Assembly (NCBI GenBank): GCA_963805975.1
Contig: CAWDVR010000002.1
Coordinates: 1,056,001-1,120,000, forward strand
Length of the DNA stretch: 64,000 bases
Source of the DNA: an uncultured Acidobacteriota bacterium
GTDB taxonomy: Bacteria; Acidobacteriota; Thermoanaerobaculia; Multivoradales; SZUA-115
Direction: 5' to 3'
Shown here: positions 53,115 to 62,807 of the stretch, piece by piece
Numbering within the stretch: position 1 is the stretch's first letter
Layout: each line of letters starts with the position of its first letter
Translations under genes and position numbers: made by a program
Notes under the pieces: model-generated
What the model was told of the DNA's origin: nothing
What the model saw: only the letters and a program-made list of their open reading frames with translations
The model's database searches: none

Positions 53115-53656
53115 AGACCGAAGACGCGTTCCAGCTCTACGGCGTGATGGCGGAGTTCGAGACCCCCGAGGGCCTTCTCGCCGGCATCCGCGCCAGCCGC
53201 CGGGCGGGCTACGAGGATCTCGACGCCTACACTCCCTACCCGATCGAAGCGGTGTGGGAGGAGATCGGCCACCATCACTCGAAGGTGCCGCTCTTGGTGC
53301 TGATCGGGGGCATCCTGGGCGGTCTTGGCGGCTTCGCCCTCCAGTACTGGACCTCGGTGATCGACTATCCGCTCAACGTCGGCGGCCGGCCCTTCAACAG
53401 TTGGCCGGCGTTCATCGTGCCGACCTTCGAGTGCACGATCCTCGCCGCCGCGGCGTCGGCGGTCTTCGGCATGTTCTTCCTCAACGGGCTTCCCAGCCCG
53501 TACCACCCGGTGTTCAACGTGCCGCGCTTCGCCGCGGCGTCCCGCGACGCCTACTTCCTGGTGATCAAGGCCACGGACGACAAGTTCGACCTGGACGCCG
53601 TGCGCCGGTTCCTCGGCGGCCAGCCGGTGAGAGAGGTATCCGACGTTGAGTATTGA
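53111..53656 (+). CDS. actD: ACIII ActD, copy 2
   Basis: [22 protein letters not shown]. Confidence 0.92.
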   Translation: MKTEDAFQLYGVMAEFETPEGLLAGIRASRRAGYEDLDAYTPYPIEAVWEEIGHHHSKVPLLVLIGGILGGLGGFALQYWTSVIDYPLNVGGRPFNSWPAFIVPTFECTILAAAASAVFGMFFLNGLPSPYHPVFNVPRFAAASRDAYFLVIKATDDKFDLDAVRRFLGGQPVREVSDVEY

Positions 53657-54308
53657 GAACCCGAGGGTCGGGGCGAGGGTGCTGGCGGGCGTGGCTCTGC
53701 TGCTCGCCACCGGCGGTTGCCGCCAAGACATGCACGACGCGCCGCGCTACGACGCGCTCGAGAAGTCGAGCTTCTACGCCGACGGCCGGTCGGCGCGGGA
53801 CCCGATGGCGGGCACCGTGGCGCGCGGCCACCTCAACGAGGACACGGTGCTCCTGACCGGCAGGACGCCGGACGGCAAGTTCGCCACCGCCGCGCCCATG
53901 CCGCTCGATCTCGCCCTGCTCCAGCGCGGCCAGGAACGCTTCAACATCTTCTGCTCGCCCTGCCACGACCGCGTGGGCACGGGCAACGGCATGATCGTGC
54001 GCCGCGGCTACAAGCAGCCGCAGACCTACCACAGCGACCGCCTGCGCGATCAGCCGCTGGGCTACTTCGTGGACGTGATGAGCAACGGCTTCGGCCAGAT
54101 GCCGAGCTACGCCCACCAGGTTCCGCCGAGGGACCGCTGGGCGATCGCCGCCTACATCCGGGCCTTGCAGTACTCGCAGAACGCCCGCCTCGCCGAGCTC
54201 TCGGCCGACGACCGGCAGCAGATCGCCGCCGCCGGGTCGCGGCCGGCCGGGGAGGCCGGCGCCGCGGCGCACGGCGGCGGCGGCGGCCACCACCAGGGGG
54301 AGCGATGA
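53646..54308 (+). CDS. actE: ACIII ActE, copy 2
   Basis: Lipobox GGCRQDM, CSPCH, DRWAIAAYIR. Confidence 0.92.
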   Translation: MSIENPRVGARVLAGVALLLATGGCRQDMHDAPRYDALEKSSFYADGRSARDPMAGTVARGHLNEDTVLLTGRTPDGKFATAAPMPLDLALLQRGQERFNIFCSPCHDRVGTGNGMIVRRGYKQPQTYHSDRLRDQPLGYFVDVMSNGFGQMPSYAHQVPPRDRWAIAAYIRALQYSQNARLAELSADDRQQIAAAGSRPAGEAGAAAHGGGGGHHQGER

Positions 54309-55558
54309 GCGAGCACGCGGTACCGCAGCCGATGGCGCACGGCGCCGCGAGGCCCCGGGTGGTGGCGCCCGCCAACTGGCGGAGCCTCTCCTGGACCGCG
54401 CCGGAAGCGATCGGCCGGCTCCAATCGCGCTCTTTCCTGGTGGGCGCGATCGGCCTCGCCCTGGCGGCCATCGGCCTGTTCTTCAATCGCCAGCACTTCT
54501 TCCAGTCCTATCTGGTGGGTTATCTCTATTGGCTGATCCTCGCCCTGGGCTGCCTCGGCATCCTGATGTTGCACCACACGTCGCGCGGCGCCTGGGGCCT
54601 GGTGGTGCGCCGCATCCTCGAGGCCGGTGCCCGCACCCTGCCCTGGATGCCGCTCCTCTTCCTGCCGGTGCTCCTGGGGATGCGGTACATCTTTCCCTGG
54701 CTGAATCCCGAGGTCGCGGCGGAGGAAGTGGTCCGCCACAAGGCGGCCTACCTGAACGCGCCGTTCTTCATCGCCCGCTACGTCTTCTACTTCGCCGTCT
54801 GGACCTTCCTCGCCTGGCGCCTGTCGAGGCTCTCGATCGAGCAGGATCGGCGGCCGGGAGACGATCAGCTCACGCGGCGCATGCAGGTGTACTCGGCGCC
54901 GGGCCTCCTCATTTTCGCCATCACCGTCAGCTTCGCCTCGTTCGACTGGCTGATGTCGCTCGACCCGCTCTGGGCCTCGACCATCTACGGCGTCTACGTG
55001 ATCGGTTGCGCCGGGCTCTCGGGCTTCGCGTTCGTGATCGCGGTCGCCTACTACCTCTCCCGCCAGTTACCGATGGCGAACGTCTTTGGCAGCCGCCACT
55101 TCCACGACTATGGCAACCTGATGATGGCCTTCATCATGTTGTGGGCCTACTTCTCCTTCTCGCAGTTCCTCATCATCTGGTCGGCCAACCTGCCAGAGGA
55201 GATCCCCTTCTACCTCAACCGCTCGCGCCACGGCTGGCAGTTCCTGAGCCTCGCGCTGATCATCTGTCACTGGGCGATCCCGTTCTTCCTGCTGCTCTCC
55301 AAGGGCCGTAAGCGCGATCCCTCGCGCCTGGTGAAGGTGGCGCTGTGGGTGCTCGCGATGCGCTTCGTGGACCTCTACTGGCAGACGGCGCCGATGCCGA
55401 CCTTCCACCCGGAGAGCCTGCTGCCCCGCCTCGCGGACATCCCCGCGGTGGTGGGGATCGGTGGCATCTGGCTGGGGCTCTTCGCCCGCGAGCTGGGGAG
55501 CCGGCCGCTCCTGGCGGTCAACGCTCCCGATATGGAGGAGGCGCTCGGCGATGAATGA
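54305..55558 (+). CDS. actF: ACIII ActF, copy 2
   Basis: GAWGLVVRR, DWLMSLDP, FSQFLIIWSANLPEE. Confidence 0.92.
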   Translation: MSEHAVPQPMAHGAARPRVVAPANWRSLSWTAPEAIGRLQSRSFLVGAIGLALAAIGLFFNRQHFFQSYLVGYLYWLILALGCLGILMLHHTSRGAWGLVVRRILEAGARTLPWMPLLFLPVLLGMRYIFPWLNPEVAAEEVVRHKAAYLNAPFFIARYVFYFAVWTFLAWRLSRLSIEQDRRPGDDQLTRRMQVYSAPGLLIFAITVSFASFDWLMSLDPLWASTIYGVYVIGCAGLSGFAFVIAVAYYLSRQLPMANVFGSRHFHDYGNLMMAFIMLWAYFSFSQFLIIWSANLPEEIPFYLNRSRHGWQFLSLALIICHWAIPFFLLLSKGRKRDPSRLVKVALWVLAMRFVDLYWQTAPMPTFHPESLLPRLADIPAVVGIGGIWLGLFARELGSRPLLAVNAPDMEEALGDE

Positions 55559-56093
55559 GCTCAAGGACGCCAACCTCGACGCCGGTACTCAGGGTGCGGC
55601 GCCGCAGCCCGATCTCCATGCCGCCGGTCATCGCGGCGAGGGCGAGACCTTCGACCTCGAGATCGACGTCAAGTCCATCGCGGCCACCGGCGGCTGGCTG
55701 TTCGTGACCATCGCCGTCTCCATGGTCCTGATGTGGTTCCTGATCGTGGCCCTACGCAACTGGGAGCGAAAGGCCGACCCGCCGGCCTCGCCCGCCTTTG
55801 CGCAGGCGATCCAGGAACGGGTGAGCTTCGACCCCCCGGGGCCGCGCCTCCAGCCTTCACCGGCGAGCGACCTGCGGCCCGAGGCCGAGCTGACCGCCTT
55901 CCTCCACGAGCAGGACGAGGCGCTCGGCAGCTACGGCTGGGTGTCGAAGGAGGGCGGCATCGCCAGGATCCCGATCGCGCGGGCGATCGCGCTGCTGGCC
56001 GAGAAGGGCCTGCCCGCACCGCGGCCCACGGCCGAGGTCGTCACCTTCCCGCCGGTCGCCGAGCCCCACGCGGCGCCGGCACAGGGCCATTGA
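55551..56093 (+). CDS. actG: ActG-like single-TM subunit
   Basis: Position after actF; PPGPRLQ, SYGWV, RIPIARAI. Confidence 0.75.
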   Translation: MNELKDANLDAGTQGAAPQPDLHAAGHRGEGETFDLEIDVKSIAATGGWLFVTIAVSMVLMWFLIVALRNWERKADPPASPAFAQAIQERVSFDPPGPRLQPSPASDLRPEAELTAFLHEQDEALGSYGWVSKEGGIARIPIARAIALLAEKGLPAPRPTAEVVTFPPVAEPHAAPAQGH

Positions 56094-56109
56094 GAGTGCG
56101 ACGAGGCCC

Positions 56110-57003
56110 ATGGTGAGACCTGGAACCCTTCTCCTGGCGCGGCTCCTGCCGGCGTGCGCCGCCCTGGCCTGGTCCCTGGGCGCGGCTTCGCCGGCGCTCG
56201 CGCAGGCGACGGCCCAGCCCGCGCTCGGCGATCCGCTGGGAACGACCCCTTCGACCAAGATGCCCGACGAGTTCAAGGACGTGGGCTTCGACCAGCGCCT
56301 GGGCGAAGGTGTACCGTTCGACGGGGCATTCACCGACGAGGCCGGCCGGAGCGTGCGCCTGGGCGACTTCTTCGGCCAGCGCCCGGTGCTCCTGGTGCCG
56401 GTCTATTACGAGTGCCCGATGCTCTGCAGCCAGGTGATGAACGGGCTGGTGGCGGGCCTCGCCACGATCCCCTTCCTGCCCGGCAACGAGTACGAGGTGG
56501 TGGCGGTCTCTTTCGACCCCCGCGACACGGTCGAGGACGCCTTCAAGCGCAAGAACACGGTGCTCGGCCGCTTCGGCCACCGGGAGACGGCCGGCGGCTG
56601 GCACTTCCTCACCGGCTCTCCGGAGTCGATCCGCGCCTTCACCGACGCGATCGGCTTCCGCTACCGCTTCGACGAGAAGAAAGGCGAGTTCGCCCACACC
56701 GCCGGCGCCGTGCTGGCGACCCCCGAGGGCCGCATCTCCCGCTACTTCTTCGGCCTCGAGTTTCCCGGCCGGCACCTGCGGCTGGGCATCGTGGAAGCAT
56801 CGGCCGAGCGCATCGGGTCGGTGGCGGACCACGTGTTCCTCTACTGCTTCCGCTACGACCCGACGACGGGCCAGTACACCGCCCTGACTCTGAACATCGT
56901 CCGCCTGGCCGGCGGTCTAACCGTCGCCCTGCTCGCCGCCTGGCTCACCGTCACCCTGAGCCGGGAGCGGCGGCGCAACCGAACCTCTCTGGGGACCGCC
57001 TAG
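56110..57003 (+). CDS. SCO1/SenC copper chaperone
   Basis: YYECPMLC, WHFLTG, FAH. Confidence 0.9.
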   Translation: MVRPGTLLLARLLPACAALAWSLGAASPALAQATAQPALGDPLGTTPSTKMPDEFKDVGFDQRLGEGVPFDGAFTDEAGRSVRLGDFFGQRPVLLVPVYYECPMLCSQVMNGLVAGLATIPFLPGNEYEVVAVSFDPRDTVEDAFKRKNTVLGRFGHRETAGGWHFLTGSPESIRAFTDAIGFRYRFDEKKGEFAHTAGAVLATPEGRISRYFFGLEFPGRHLRLGIVEASAERIGSVADHVFLYCFRYDPTTGQYTALTLNIVRLAGGLTVALLAAWLTVTLSRERRRNRTSLGTA

Positions 57004-57004
57004 G

Positions 57005-57988
57005 ATGCCGCAATTCCCCTTGTTTCCCCAACAGGCCTCGACCGTGGCCGGCGAGGTCGACGCCCTGTACCTCGCCTGGGTGGCGATCAGCCTGTTCTTC
57101 ACGGTGCTCATCTTCGTGCTGGTGGTGTACTTCGCGGTGCGCTACAAGCGCCGCTCGCCGGGCGAGGTGGGAACCGAGGAGACCGCGCCGGCTTCGCTCG
57201 AGATCGTCTGGTCGGTGATCCCGCTCGCCATCTGCCTGGCGTTCTTCTTCTGGGGAACCAAGGTCTTCTTCACCCTGTCGCGCCCGCCCGCCGACGCCGT
57301 CGAGTACTTCGTCACCGGCAAGCAGTGGATGTGGAAGGTGCAGCACCCGAGCGGCGTGCGCGAGATCAACCATCTGCACGTGCCGGTGGGCGTACCGATC
57401 CGGCTGACCATGACCTCCGAGGACACCATCCACTCCTTCTATCTGCCGGCGTTCCGCGTCAAGCAGGACGTGCTCCCCGGTCGCTACTCGACGGTCTGGT
57501 TCGAGGCCACCAAGCCCGGCACCTACTACCTCTTCTGCGCCGAGTACTGCGGCGCCGAGCACTCGCTGATGGGCGGCTGGGTCACCGTCATGGAGCCCAG
57601 GGCCTACGAGGAGTGGCTGGCCGGAGGGCCCTCCACCCTGCCGCCGGTCGAGATGGGCAAGGAGCTCTTCGGGAGCCTCGCCTGCAACACCTGCCACATG
57701 GCCGGCGACACGCAGCGCGGCCCGAAGCTCGACGGCGTCTTCGACAGCGAGGTGACGCTCTCGACCGGGCGCGTGGTGGTGGCCGACGAGAACTACCTGC
57801 GCGAGTCGATCCTCAACCCCGGCACCAAGCTGGTGGCCGGCTTCGAGCCGCTGATGCCGACCTTCCAGGGCCAGGTCTCCGAAGAGCAGTTGAACGCCTT
57901 GATCTCCTACATCAAATCGCTTCCCAAGACGGTGCCCGCCGGGCAGGCTGCCGTCGCGCCCCAGGCCGCGAGCGGCGCCGTCCACTGA
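57005..57988 (+). CDS. coxB: caa3 oxidase subunit II with fused cytochrome c
   Basis: LEIVW, CAEYCGAEHSLM, CNTCH..MP. Confidence 0.95.
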   Translation: MPQFPLFPQQASTVAGEVDALYLAWVAISLFFTVLIFVLVVYFAVRYKRRSPGEVGTEETAPASLEIVWSVIPLAICLAFFFWGTKVFFTLSRPPADAVEYFVTGKQWMWKVQHPSGVREINHLHVPVGVPIRLTMTSEDTIHSFYLPAFRVKQDVLPGRYSTVWFEATKPGTYYLFCAEYCGAEHSLMGGWVTVMEPRAYEEWLAGGPSTLPPVEMGKELFGSLACNTCHMAGDTQRGPKLDGVFDSEVTLSTGRVVVADENYLRESILNPGTKLVAGFEPLMPTFQGQVSEEQLNALISYIKSLPKTVPAGQAAVAPQAASGAVH

Positions 57989-58001
57989 GGAAGATTGAGC
58001 C

Positions 58002-59687
58002 ATGAGCACTGAATCGTTCCTGACGGCACCGGAGCCCGGGGTCGAAACGACCGCCACCGAGCTGCCGCGCCGCCATTTCATGAACAGCAAGTACGGCATC
58101 CTGTCGTGGCTGCTGACCCAGGACCACAAGCGGATCGCCATCCTCTACCTGATCTCGGTCTCGGCTTTTTTCGCGCTCGGCGGCGTGATGGCGATGCTGA
58201 TCCGCCTCGAGCTCCTCACCCCGGCGGGCGACCTGTTCCAGGGCGACACCTACAACCGGGTGTTCACCATGCACGGCGTCTTGATGGTGTTCTTCTTCCT
58301 GGTGCCGGTGATCCCGGCGATCCTCGGCAACTTCCTGCTGCCGATCATGATCGGGGCCAAGGACCTGGCGTTCCCCAAGATCAACCTGGCGAGCTGGTAT
58401 CTCTACACCATCGGCGGCGCGTTCACTCTCTACGCCATGCTGCACGGCGGCGTCGACACCGGCTGGACCTTCTACACGCCGTTCTCCTCCGCCTACTCGA
58501 ACACCGGCGTGCTGGCGACGGCGGTCGGCGTCTTCATCGCCGGCTTCTCTTCGATCTTCACCGGTCTCAACTTCATCGTTACCGTGCACCGCATGCGGGC
58601 GCCGGGGCTGACCTGGTTCCGCCTGCCGCTCTTCGTGTGGGCCAACTACGCGACCAGTCTGGTGATCATGCTCGGCACGCCGGTGATCGCGGTGACCCTC
58701 TTCCTGCTGGCCCTCGAGCGCGGCCTCGGCCTGGGCATCTTCAACCCGGCCCTGGGCGGCGACCCGGTGCTCTTCCAGCACCTCTTCTGGTTCTACTCGC
58801 ACCCCGCGGTCTACATCATGGTGCTGCCGGCGATGGGCGTGGTCAGCGAGCTGGTGGCGGCCTTCGCCAGAAAGCCCGTTTTCGGCTACAAGGTGGTGGC
58901 CTTCGCCTCGATCGCCATCGCCGTTCTCGGCTTCCTGGTCTGGGGCCACCACATGTTCGTCTCCGGCCAGTCGGTGTACGCGGCGACGGTCTTCTCCGTG
59001 CTCTCGATGCTGGTGGCGATCCCCTCGGCGGTCAAGGTCTTCAACTGGACGACGACGCTCTACGAGGGCTCGGTCTCCTACGAGACGCCGATGCTCTACG
59101 GGCTGGGGTTCATCGGCCTGTTCACCATCGGCGGCCTGACCGGCGTGATGTTGGCGACGCTCGGCATCGACGTCCACGTGCACGACACCTACTTCATCGT
59201 CGCCCACTTCCACTACGTGATGGTGGGCGGCACGCTGATGGGCTATCTCGGCGGCCTCCACTACTGGTGGCCGAAGATGTTCGGCCGCATGTATCCGGCG
59301 TTCTGGTCGAAGCTGTCGGCGCTCTGCGTGTTCATCGGCTTCAACTTGACGTTCTTCCCGCAGTTCATCGTCGGGTACATGGGCATGCCGCGCCGCTACT
59401 GGACCTATCCGGCCGAGTTCCAGGTGCTGAACGTGCTCTCCTCGGCCGGTGCCTCGATCCTCGGCTTCGGCCTCCTGCTGCCGGCCTGCTACCTCTTGTG
59501 GTCGCTCGCCAAGGGCCGGGTGGCGGGCAACAACCCGTGGGGCGCAGTGGGGCTCGAGTGGGAGACCACCTCGCCGCCGCCCACCGAGAACTTCACCTCC
59601 ACCCCCGAGGTGGCCGGCGGCCCGTACGACTACATCAACAAGGACAAGATCTTCGCCTTCCCGCACGAGGAGGCACGCGTTGTCTAG
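58002..59687 (+). CDS. coxA: caa3 oxidase subunit I, A2 type
   Basis: [10 protein letters not shown] (YS motif), WGHHMF, IPSAVK (K-channel Lys present), AHFHY. Confidence 0.95.
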   Translation: MSTESFLTAPEPGVETTATELPRRHFMNSKYGILSWLLTQDHKRIAILYLISVSAFFALGGVMAMLIRLELLTPAGDLFQGDTYNRVFTMHGVLMVFFFLVPVIPAILGNFLLPIMIGAKDLAFPKINLASWYLYTIGGAFTLYAMLHGGVDTGWTFYTPFSSAYSNTGVLATAVGVFIAGFSSIFTGLNFIVTVHRMRAPGLTWFRLPLFVWANYATSLVIMLGTPVIAVTLFLLALERGLGLGIFNPALGGDPVLFQHLFWFYSHPAVYIMVLPAMGVVSELVAAFARKPVFGYKVVAFASIAIAVLGFLVWGHHMFVSGQSVYAATVFSVLSMLVAIPSAVKVFNWTTTLYEGSVSYETPMLYGLGFIGLFTIGGLTGVMLATLGIDVHVHDTYFIVAHFHYVMVGGTLMGYLGGLHYWWPKMFGRMYPAFWSKLSALCVFIGFNLTFFPQFIVGYMGMPRRYWTYPAEFQVLNVLSSAGASILGFGLLLPACYLLWSLAKGRVAGNNPWGAVGLEWETTSPPPTENFTSTPEVAGGPYDYINKDKIFAFPHEEARVV

Positions 59688-60450
59688 CCCGCACTCGCAG
59701 GCCCTCGACTCCCACGCGGCTCGCCCGCTGACGGAGCACGGCGATCACCCTCCAGGGCTCGCGCACCACTTCGAGTCCTTCGCGCAGCAGCGCGAGTCCT
59801 CGACGCTCGGCATGTGGCTCTTCCTGGTCACCGAGATCATGTTCTTCGGCGGCATGTTCCTGGCCTACACGCTCTACCGCCGGGAGTTCCCGCTCGCCTT
59901 CCAGGCCGGCAGCCACTCGCTGAGCATCGGGCTCGGCGTGTTCAACACCGCGGTCCTGATCGGCTCCTCGCTCACCATGGCGCTGGCGGTGCGCGCAGCG
60001 CAGCTCTCCTGGCGCAAGGGGATCGTCCTGTTCCTGGTCCTTACCATCCTCCTGGGCGGCATCTTCTTGGGCGTCAAGGTGATCGAGTACTCGCAGAAGG
60101 GCGTCCCCATCCCGGTCGTCGGCCCCTGGGTGCTCTCCCAAACCCCCGAGCCCCACCACATCTACGTGCCCGGCGACCGGTTCCACTTCGAGGGCGAGGG
60201 CAAGTTCCAGGGCGCGGCCGAGAACAACGTGCAGATGTTCTTCTCGCTCTATTTCGCGATGACCGGCACGCACGCGCTGCACATGATCATCGGCATCGCG
60301 ATCATGCTCTTCATGCTGCGGCCGGCATGGCGCGGCAGGTGGAACACCGACAACCACAACTTCGTGGAAGGCTTCGGCCTCTACTGGCATTTCGTCGACA
60401 TCGTCTGGATCTTCCTCTTTCCGTTGCTGTATCTCATCGGCCGGCACTAG
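59680..60450 (+). CDS. coxC: Oxidase subunit III (TTG start)
   Basis: [29 protein letters not shown]. Confidence 0.92.
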   Translation: MSSPHSQALDSHAARPLTEHGDHPPGLAHHFESFAQQRESSTLGMWLFLVTEIMFFGGMFLAYTLYRREFPLAFQAGSHSLSIGLGVFNTAVLIGSSLTMALAVRAAQLSWRKGIVLFLVLTILLGGIFLGVKVIEYSQKGVPIPVVGPWVLSQTPEPHHIYVPGDRFHFEGEGKFQGAAENNVQMFFSLYFAMTGTHALHMIIGIAIMLFMLRPAWRGRWNTDNHNFVEGFGLYWHFVDIVWIFLFPLLYLIGRH

Positions 60451-60465
60451 GCAGGAGAGGCGCTC

Positions 60466-60765
60466 ATGTCCGTCCACGTGTCCCCGGTGCGCCTTTACCT
60501 GGCGATCTTCTTCGCGCTGCTGGTAGGCACCGCCCTCACGGTGTGGGCCGCGTTCATGGAGTTCGGCCCCTTCAACAACATCGTGGCGATGGCGATCGCC
60601 GTGGCGAAGGCGACCCTCGTGGTGCTGTTCTTCATGCACGTCAAGTACTCGACCCGGCTGACCAAGCTGGTCGTCGCCGGTGGCTTCCTCTGGCTGGGGC
60701 TGCTGTTCCTCTTCACGCTCGCCGACTACATGAACCGCGGCTGGCTGGGCGTCGCCGGCAAGTAA
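60466..60765 (+). CDS. coxD: caa3 subunit IV
   Basis: KATLVVLFFMHVKY. Confidence 0.9.
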   Translation: MSVHVSPVRLYLAIFFALLVGTALTVWAAFMEFGPFNNIVAMAIAVAKATLVVLFFMHVKYSTRLTKLVVAGGFLWLGLLFLFTLADYMNRGWLGVAGK

Positions 60766-60810
60766 CGCCCGACCCGCCGGCCCTGAGGCCGGCCCACGGT
60801 CTCAGCTCTC

Positions 60811-61374
60811 ATGCGCCGCAACGAGACCCTCCTCGACCTTCTCCTCGAGATCCAGATGCTGGACCGCGTGCCGCGGATGGGCTACGCACTGCGCGGCGTG
60901 GTGGACGGCGAGAGTGTCACCGAGCACTCCTGGCACGTGCTCTTCCTGGTCTGGTCGCTGGCGCCGCGCGTCCCCGAGGTGGACCCGCACCGGGCCGTCG
61001 AGATGGCCCTGATCCACGACTTGGCCGAGCTTCGGGTCGGGGACCTGCCGCGCACCGCCTCGCGCTACTTCCCGGCCGGCGCCAAGCGGGCCGCCGAGAC
61101 CGCCGCCATGGCCGAGCTGGCGGCCCCTTTGCCCGAGCGCGCGCAGGAGCTCTTCGCCGACTACGAACAGGGGACGAGCCCGGAGGCGAAGCTGGTGAAG
61201 GCCTGCGACAAGCTGCAACTGATGCTCAAGGTGGCGGTCTACCAGCACTGGGGCGCGGGCGGCCTCGGGGAGTTCTGGGAGAACCCGGACAACTTTCCTG
61301 ACGGCGGTTTCCCGGCGGTACGCGAGCTGTTCGAGGAGCTCAGGCGCCGCCGGGACGAGGGGGCGAAGTCATGA
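60811..61374 (+). CDS. HD-domain hydrolase (YfbR/HDDC2-like)
   Basis: PRMGY, ESVTEHS, IHDLAE..GD, CDKL. Confidence 0.85.
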   Translation: MRRNETLLDLLLEIQMLDRVPRMGYALRGVVDGESVTEHSWHVLFLVWSLAPRVPEVDPHRAVEMALIHDLAELRVGDLPRTASRYFPAGAKRAAETAAMAELAAPLPERAQELFADYEQGTSPEAKLVKACDKLQLMLKVAVYQHWGAGGLGEFWENPDNFPDGGFPAVRELFEELRRRRDEGAKS

Positions 61375-61739
61375 GGATGGCCCCCGCGAGCTGGCGTAAA
61401 GCCTGCTTTCTGCTGGCGCTTGCCACGACCCTGGCCTGCGGCTCGTCGCCCGAGGACCGTGTGGCACGCGGCCGCGTGCTCTATCAACAGACCTGCTCCA
61501 TCTGCCACGGCGGTGACGCCAGGGGCATGCGGGGGCTGGGCAGGAGCCTGCTCGGCAACCAGTTCATCGCCGACCGGAGCGAGCGGGAGATGGTGGACTT
61601 TCTGAAGGTCGGCCGGCGTTTCGACGACCCCACGAACGAGACCGGGGTCGACATGCCGCCCCGCGGCGGCAACCAGGGCCTGCGGGACGACGATCTCGGC
61701 GCCATCGCCGCCTACCTCAAGACCCTGCCGAGCCACTGA
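61371..61739 (+). CDS. Monohaem cytochrome c lipoprotein
   Basis: Lipobox LAC, CSICH, DMPPRGG. Confidence 0.85.
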   Translation: MRMAPASWRKACFLLALATTLACGSSPEDRVARGRVLYQQTCSICHGGDARGMRGLGRSLLGNQFIADRSEREMVDFLKVGRRFDDPTNETGVDMPPRGGNQGLRDDDLGAIAAYLKTLPSH

Positions 61740-61755
61740 GGGGCGCCCGGGCCCG

Positions 61756-62340
61756 CTACTTCTTTTTCTTCTTCTCCTGCTTGGCCAGGAACTTCTCGAG
61801 CTTGGGCTGGAAGCTCGGCCCCAGGAGGCGGTGGGCGGCGGAGGTCACGTCGCCCAGCACCACGCGCAGATCCTCGGGGCCGCTCCAGTGCTTGCGGGCG
61901 TGGGCCTCGAGCTCGCCGCCGAACGCCTGGGCGAGGACGGCGGTGGCGAGCACCACGTCCTCCAGGTAGCCGGCGCCGCCCAGCAGCGCCTCGGGCAGCA
62001 GGTCCACCGGCAGCAGGAAGTAGGCGAGCACCGAGCCGATGAGGGCCCGGGTGCGGGGCGGCACGTCGCGGTCCATTACCAGCCGTACCAGCAGCAGGAA
62101 GATGTCCGGCACCAAGAGCAGCACCTTGACCGCGTCGGCCCCTAGCTTGCCGCCCTTCTTCTCCACCGCCGCGAGCACCTTCTCCCGCAGCCGGTCGTAG
62201 GTGGTGAGCAGATGCTCGCGCTCGGGCGGAAGAACCTCTTCCTCGTCGGCCCTATCCTCGCTTGCCAGAGCCTCGGCGGCGGCTGCGTCGGACAGCTCGA
62301 TCTCGGTAGCGGCTGGCGGCTGGCGGTTCTCTTCGTTCAT
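61756..62340 (-). CDS. YkvA/DUF1232-family protein
   Basis: LAYFLLPVDLLPE..GYLED. Confidence 0.8.
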   Translation of the reverse strand: MNEENRQPPAATEIELSDAAAAEALASEDRADEEEVLPPEREHLLTTYDRLREKVLAAVEKKGGKLGADAVKVLLLVPDIFLLLVRLVMDRDVPPRTRALIGSVLAYFLLPVDLLPEALLGGAGYLEDVVLATAVLAQAFGGELEAHARKHWSGPEDLRVVLGDVTSAAHRLLGPSFQPKLEKFLAKQEKKKKK

Positions 62341-62406
62341 CGAGGCTCCGAGTGCGGCGCCATTGTAGCAGCGGGTCCACCACTGCCTCGAGCTCGTCTC
62401 GACTCA

Positions 62407-62459
62407 CCCCTTGACAGCTTAGGGGTCCCTGCGCGACACTCCCCTAAACGACTTAGGGT
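62407..62459 (+). promoter_or_regulatory. Two 19-bp imperfect palindromes (putative PadR operators) overlapping a TTGACA -35 box
   Basis: CCCCTTGACAGCTTAGGGG (62407-62425) and CCCCTAAACGACTTAGGGT (62441-62459). Confidence 0.7.
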
Positions 62460-62465
62460 GAAACC

Positions 62466-62798
62466 ATGGCGAGACGATCCACCGACCTCCTGCAAGGCAC
62501 CCTCGACATGCTGGTGCTCAAGGCCCTCACTCGCGAGCCGCTCCACGGCTACGCCGTGATGCGCTGGCTGCGCCAAGTGTCGGACGACGGCTTGAAGATC
62601 GAGGAGGGGGCCCTCTACCCCGCGCTCCACCGTCTCCAGGCCCGCGGCTGGGTGGCCGCGGAGTGGGGCCTGTCGGACACCAACCGCCAGGCGAAGTACT
62701 ACGCGCTGACCGCCAAGGGCCATGGCGCGCTCGACTCCGAGACCCAGGCCTGGCGCGGCTACGTGACCGCGGTCAGCAAAGTGCTCGAGGCGGTCTGA
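62466..62798 (+). CDS. PadR-family regulator (acidobacterial type)
   Basis: LLQGTLDMLVLK, LHGYAV, EGALYPALHRL, NRQAKYYALT. Confidence 0.93.
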   Translation: MARRSTDLLQGTLDMLVLKALTREPLHGYAVMRWLRQVSDDGLKIEEGALYPALHRLQARGWVAAEWGLSDTNRQAKYYALTAKGHGALDSETQAWRGYVTAVSKVLEAV

Positions 62799-62807
62799 GA
62801 GCCGTTC

